From positions 20,956,001 through 21,020,000 of the forward strand of contig OZ116705.1 of NCBI GenBank assembly GCA_964199315.1: DNA of 64,000 nucleotides, read 5' to 3'. The notes under the pieces are model-generated. The model searched no databases, was not told the origin of the DNA, and was given only the letters and a program-made list of their open reading frames with translations. Within the stretch, counting starts at the first letter, position 1, and every line of letters begins with the position of its first letter. The translations under genes and the position numbers were made by a program. The DNA is from Orbicella franksi. Taxonomy: Eukaryota. Below are positions 60,001-64,000 of the stretch, piece after piece.

Positions 60001-63000
60001 GCCACGTGACGTAACGAAGAAACGTCCAACTTCGGCAAGGAGTCCCCGTGTTCATTTAAATGGCCTCTCAGAAGTGAAAGAACATAAACTAGGAAGTCCT
60101 GCCGACCAGTATCCAGGTTACTACTAGCAGCTCCGTGCCGCCTATTTTCACAGGAAAAAGAATATTACATTATTATTGTTGTATCCTTTCACGTGGACAC
60201 CTCTGGGTCAGGTTACAATTTATCGGAGATGTTTGTTTTTTTACGAAAGTGGTTATGAAGCAGCCTATCCACTTATCAAAAAGTACCACCCCGTCTCACT
60301 TAGGGAAACTTAAATGGGCTTTAAAATTACCATCAACCATCATTGATACTAGTGGTTCTTGGCAAGAGCATATCTTAAGAGAAGATTGAAACTATGTAAC
60401 AAAATTGTCAAATATGCCGCAACGGAAAGCAAAATGAAATATGCGCATATTCATCAAAACACATTTGTCCTATTTGATGGCCATTAAAATTCTCCTCGCA
60501 AGTGTCAGTACTAAGGCAAGTGACCAGCTGGAAATACCATATGTTGTAGGTCAAAAGTTTGTTCCTTGAAGCGCAAGAAGGAAAACTCAAAGAGAATGAA
60601 TAAAGAGGTCTTAACAACGCCATTAATGGTCATTTAAATGATAAGGCGGAGTGGAGCGGTTGTGGAGATTCCGTGATAATAATAACCATGGACATAAAAA
60701 GGGCTCAGGCTAGCTTTGTCTGGATAAATAAAGGTTAAGTCTGCATATACAAGCCAAATGACCCATCAGACCAGCACCAATCACCTCTTTCTGAGGTATG
60801 AAGCGACTAGGAGTATTTCTACTCCCCCCTAGATGGGATAGTCCTTTGCAGAGGTGCCCCCTAGCATTAAATTCGCTGGTACCCAGTTTTACGCCTGGGT
60901 GGAGAGAGGCACTGTGAGAGTTAAATGTCTTCAACACGACACAACACAATGTCCCGTGCCAGGGCTCAAATCCGGAGATGGGTGCACTAAACCTTGAGGC
61001 CACTGTGCCTCCTACTAGTCTAGAACTACTGCAACAAAAACAAATTGAACAGACCTGAAATTAAGAGCTTTTTTCATAACAGCTGAGGAAAAAATTACTC
61101 ACCGTCTTAATACAGATCTTTTCCGTTTGTTTTCCAAAGCTCTTAAAAGCGAGGGATCTTCACGAGTGCATCTATCTTTGTTGGCTTTAGGATGGAATTC
61201 ATGGAGGGGATGGGAGGGGTGGGAGGGGTCAGTAGCGGCAGATAGCGATAGTCCAAATCGAAGCTGAGCTTCTGTGCAATCCAAGACAACAGCTAACCAG
61301 TTCCAGGCTGCTTGCAACTGCTGGACAACCAGGGCGCTGATTTCAGTCAAGGCTACTGGACTGGGAGTGAGGCTTTCAGCTGGCAATGCTGATGGGTCCT
61401 GTGCAATGTTGAGGAGGTCAGTTACCTATAGAGGAAAATGCAGTATAAATTAGGGGTGAAGGGACATGCACCGAAGAGAAAGTTAATCAAGTGCCGAAGG
61501 TGCAAGCCACTTAAAGGAATGGGGGCATGCCTCCTCCTCACCAGGACATTTAAGTTGAAATTGCAGGAAAGCTAAAAGGCTAGAATTGTTATGAACTAGA
61601 AGATGATATGCGTAACAATCCTCTCTTGGTAAATAAATACGCCAATAGCAAGCCATCTGAAATGGCTTATTTCAAAGTACCTCAAGCTAAGCTAACTCAC
61701 CTCCCTTACAACAATGCCAAAAGCTCGTGCCAGCGCACTGGCCGAGTTACTCATACTGTGATAACCACTAGTCCCAGGCACCTCACTGGTGGCAGCAGTA
61801 CTGGCAGCAGCAGCATTACCACCACTTCGTCTGAGTGACGTGGAATCAACATAGATAAACCCTGTGCCGCCACTTGTGGTTTGAGGTGTAGCTGCACTGC
61901 TACCAGTGGCACGTGACTGGGTGTTGTTGGCACGTATAGCCCACTGCATGGCATGAGGAGTGGTACTAGGGTCAACTCCTATGAGAAGAAAAGATCAGTA
62001 ATGGTGATGTACTTGGTAAACTATTAAACCGTTTCCCTCGGAGTCAGACAAGTTATTTTGCACAATGTATTTGTAATGCTCGTATTTCATCATCAATATT
62101 GTTCTGTGGATGACATCATTTCAATAAAGGCTATTGAAAAGATTCTTTCATGTTTTACTGATTGGTATACTGTAAATGATGTTTCAGTGTGCCACATTAC
62201 GCTACGCTATAACCGTACAGGTATTCAGTAGAAGAGTCAACTATCCGCTAACGGACACTGTCATAAGCAGACAGCTCTACTTACAGACACTTCTTCAATT
62301 CCCTGTTTTATCTCCCAGACAGACTCTGTATTTACACATACTGAGCAATTCTTTGAAAGTAAGTCCTGCTTGTGAAAGGTGAATTGATCAACACGACACG
62401 CTCATGTCATGTTGATCAATTCACCTTTCATATTTCATTACCGTGCTTATCACTAAGTCCTGCTTATTGTTCTCTACAAGTCGTAGGAGTAGTAACATAC
62501 CTGCGGTTGGAGGTCTGTTTTCTATACTCTCTGGCAGGTCATATGTTTCCACCACCACCTCCTCCTCCTCTTCTTCTTCCTCTTCCTCTTCCCCAGTGGA
62601 CGACTCTTCCTCAGAATACAGCTCCACATGTTCACCATGCATGCTAGCACTACCATCTGACCCAATCAGTGAGCCAGTCACGCGATTGCGACGAACACTT
62701 TCCACAACATGTACCTCACCGACCTGAAACAAACACAAGTGTTGAGAATTAGTCACAGTTCAAACATTTTTTTACCCGCCAGAAGCCTCCTCAAGTCCAG
62801 GTTCAGGTAGCTGAAAAACATCTCGAGCCAATCCAATCCACTATAATAACAATAACAATAACAATAACAATAACAATAACAATAACAATAACAATAACAA
62901 TAATAATAATAATAATAAACCCGCTTCAATATCATCAATAGCTGTGCGAATCTTTAACAATAATAATAATAATAATCATAATCATAATCATAATCATAAT

Positions 63001-63635
63001 CATAATCATAATCATAATCATAATCATATCGGTTCTTGTGATACCAATTAGTTCAGTTTCTTCACAGTAACCTTAGCTAGTGTGCTAGATTGTGTAGGCA
63101 AAAATTAAACTGTGGTTGTGGTTGAAAAACATTTTCCCCGAGCACAGTGGTTCCCAGAAATGTTACAACTGATTGGACCAACTGATTATCAAGGCTGAGG
63201 GAAGTATTGATAACAAGATCAGCATCAAAGAGGGAGAAGCTAGGGTCGTGTTCTATTGGGATCAACCATTTCTGGTTGCTTGGGTTGCTTGTTTTTTCGT
63301 GTTCTATTGGGGAAAACCATTTTCGCTTGGTTTGATTGATCAACTCTTTTGACCGGCCTCAAACCAGGCTGAAACGGCTCATGGCAGCAAGTTGCTGCAT
63401 TTCAACTGAAAATGGTTAGAAGTGTTCCCCAGACAGGTTGCAGTTGAAGCAATGGATCCCAATACAACACAACCTAAAAGTTTCGATGTCGTACCTGACT
63501 TTCTTCACTGTCACTGTCACTCTCAGCCAGCAAGTCCAAATCCATGTCTGATTCATTGCCAGCTGCTCCACTCTCAATTTCTTCATCTCCAGCTTCTTCA
63601 TGGCTTTCCGACTCCATCTCTGCCCCTTCAACAAC
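51053..63635 (-). CDS. UBR5: E3 ubiquitin-protein ligase UBR5 (EDD/hyd), 3' 16 exons, ~1,159 aa including MLLE and HECT domains; 5' part lies beyond the window
   Basis: Exons: 63635-63495, 62723-62501, 61978-61701, 61425-61103, 60141-59758, 58743-58451, 57882-57587, 56433-56211, 55802-55591, 55301-55171, 54845-54675, 53391-53307, 52865-52593, 52131-51984, 51739-51654, 51265-51053. All GT-AG with consecutive phases matching (3,480 nt). Diagnostic peptides: [79 protein letters not shown] (catalytic Cys codon 51149-51), and terminal KTKTFGFV-stop. Confidence 0.97.
51395..59702. repeat. Three copies of a ~200-bp internally palindromic interspersed repeat in UBR5 introns (~51395-51572, ~56533-56745, ~59483-59702)
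   Basis: Shared core GTGTTTGACCACATTTCCAAACAC ... GTGTTTGGAAATGTGGTCAAACAC. Copy 1 is inverted relative to copies 2 and 3. Confidence 0.75.
53778..54336. mobile_element. Kolobok-like palindromic MITE in a UBR5 intron
   Basis: Ends AGTGCCCCTATGATCAAAT / ATTTGTTCATAGAGGCACT. Flanks CTAA and GTAA (TTAA-like). The arms are inverted copies over ~225 bp each. Confidence 0.8.
60727..61012 (-). mobile_element. tRNA-derived SINE in a UBR5 intron
   Basis: The minus-strand head GGAGGCACAGTGGCCTCAAGGTTTAGTGCACC has a box-A-like TGGCCTCAAGG and a degenerate box B GATTTGAGCCC, followed by a non-tRNA body. Confidence 0.65.
62843..63027. repeat. Compound microsatellite (AATAAC)n-(AAT)n-(AATCAT)n, intronic
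   Basis: Directly visible arrays at 62843-62917 and ~62959-63027. Confidence 0.97.
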
Positions 63636-64000
63636 CTGCCATAAAAGCACAGTTCGGAAGTTTGTGATCCGTGTCAGCCTTTTCCATCCTTAACCACCCT
63701 TGTTCCTTTATGGTTTATTATCTTTTCGGTGTTTTTCTATCTAACTAAACTGCTGTTTTCAGGTTTCCTTTGATTTAAAGGTTATTTTGTACGTGGCCAA
63801 AACAACTCAAAATACTGTGACTGAGTAGGTTTGGAAGATAAAAAACATGGCCATATACATGTATATGAGAATACGTGATATGAAAATCTTAAATGTTATG
63901 AAAAAGCTGATACATGTACACCACAGCATATAAGCTGTATCAATTTTGTTTGAAATCCACGCAAATTTTCAGTTGTTGCAATACCACCAGCAGCGGTAGT

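Noticed and set aside
62753-62938. [11 protein letters not shown] as a Cys/Tyr-rich protein
   Set aside because: It is the translation of an intronic microsatellite.
63985-64000. Additional UBR5 exon at the window edge
   Set aside because: A GT donor exists, but 16 nt is too little to match to the protein.

Overview
AT-rich animal genomic DNA. The GT-AG introns, a metazoan UBR5 and the repeat content fit an anthozoan cnidarian such as a stony coral, but the taxon is an inference. One host gene is clear: the 3' ~1,160 codons of UBR5 (HECT E3 ligase), minus strand, 16 phase-consistent exons at 51053-63635. The rest (~1-50 kb) is a nest of mostly decayed mobile DNA. It includes a gag-less Gypsy LTR retrotransposon, an L2/CR1-type LINE, two adjacent TTAA-flanked elements with very long imperfect terminal inverted repeats (TIRs), a DD34E Tc1 fossil, an Academ(X) transposon with a TAA target-site duplication (TSD), several MITEs, and a Kolobok-type element carrying a P2X7-ballast-like gene. 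A near-perfect 6,785-bp tandem duplication spans 21069-34640. The most notable item is a decayed gene for a CRESS-virus-like Rep (HUH endonuclease motifs I-III plus SF3 helicase) at 24878-26210, copied at 31663-32995. It has no visible capsid gene and has iteron-like repeats downstream, so it is either a candidate rolling-circle mobile element or an endogenous ssDNA virus fossil. All alignments were done by eye and identity figures are estimates.
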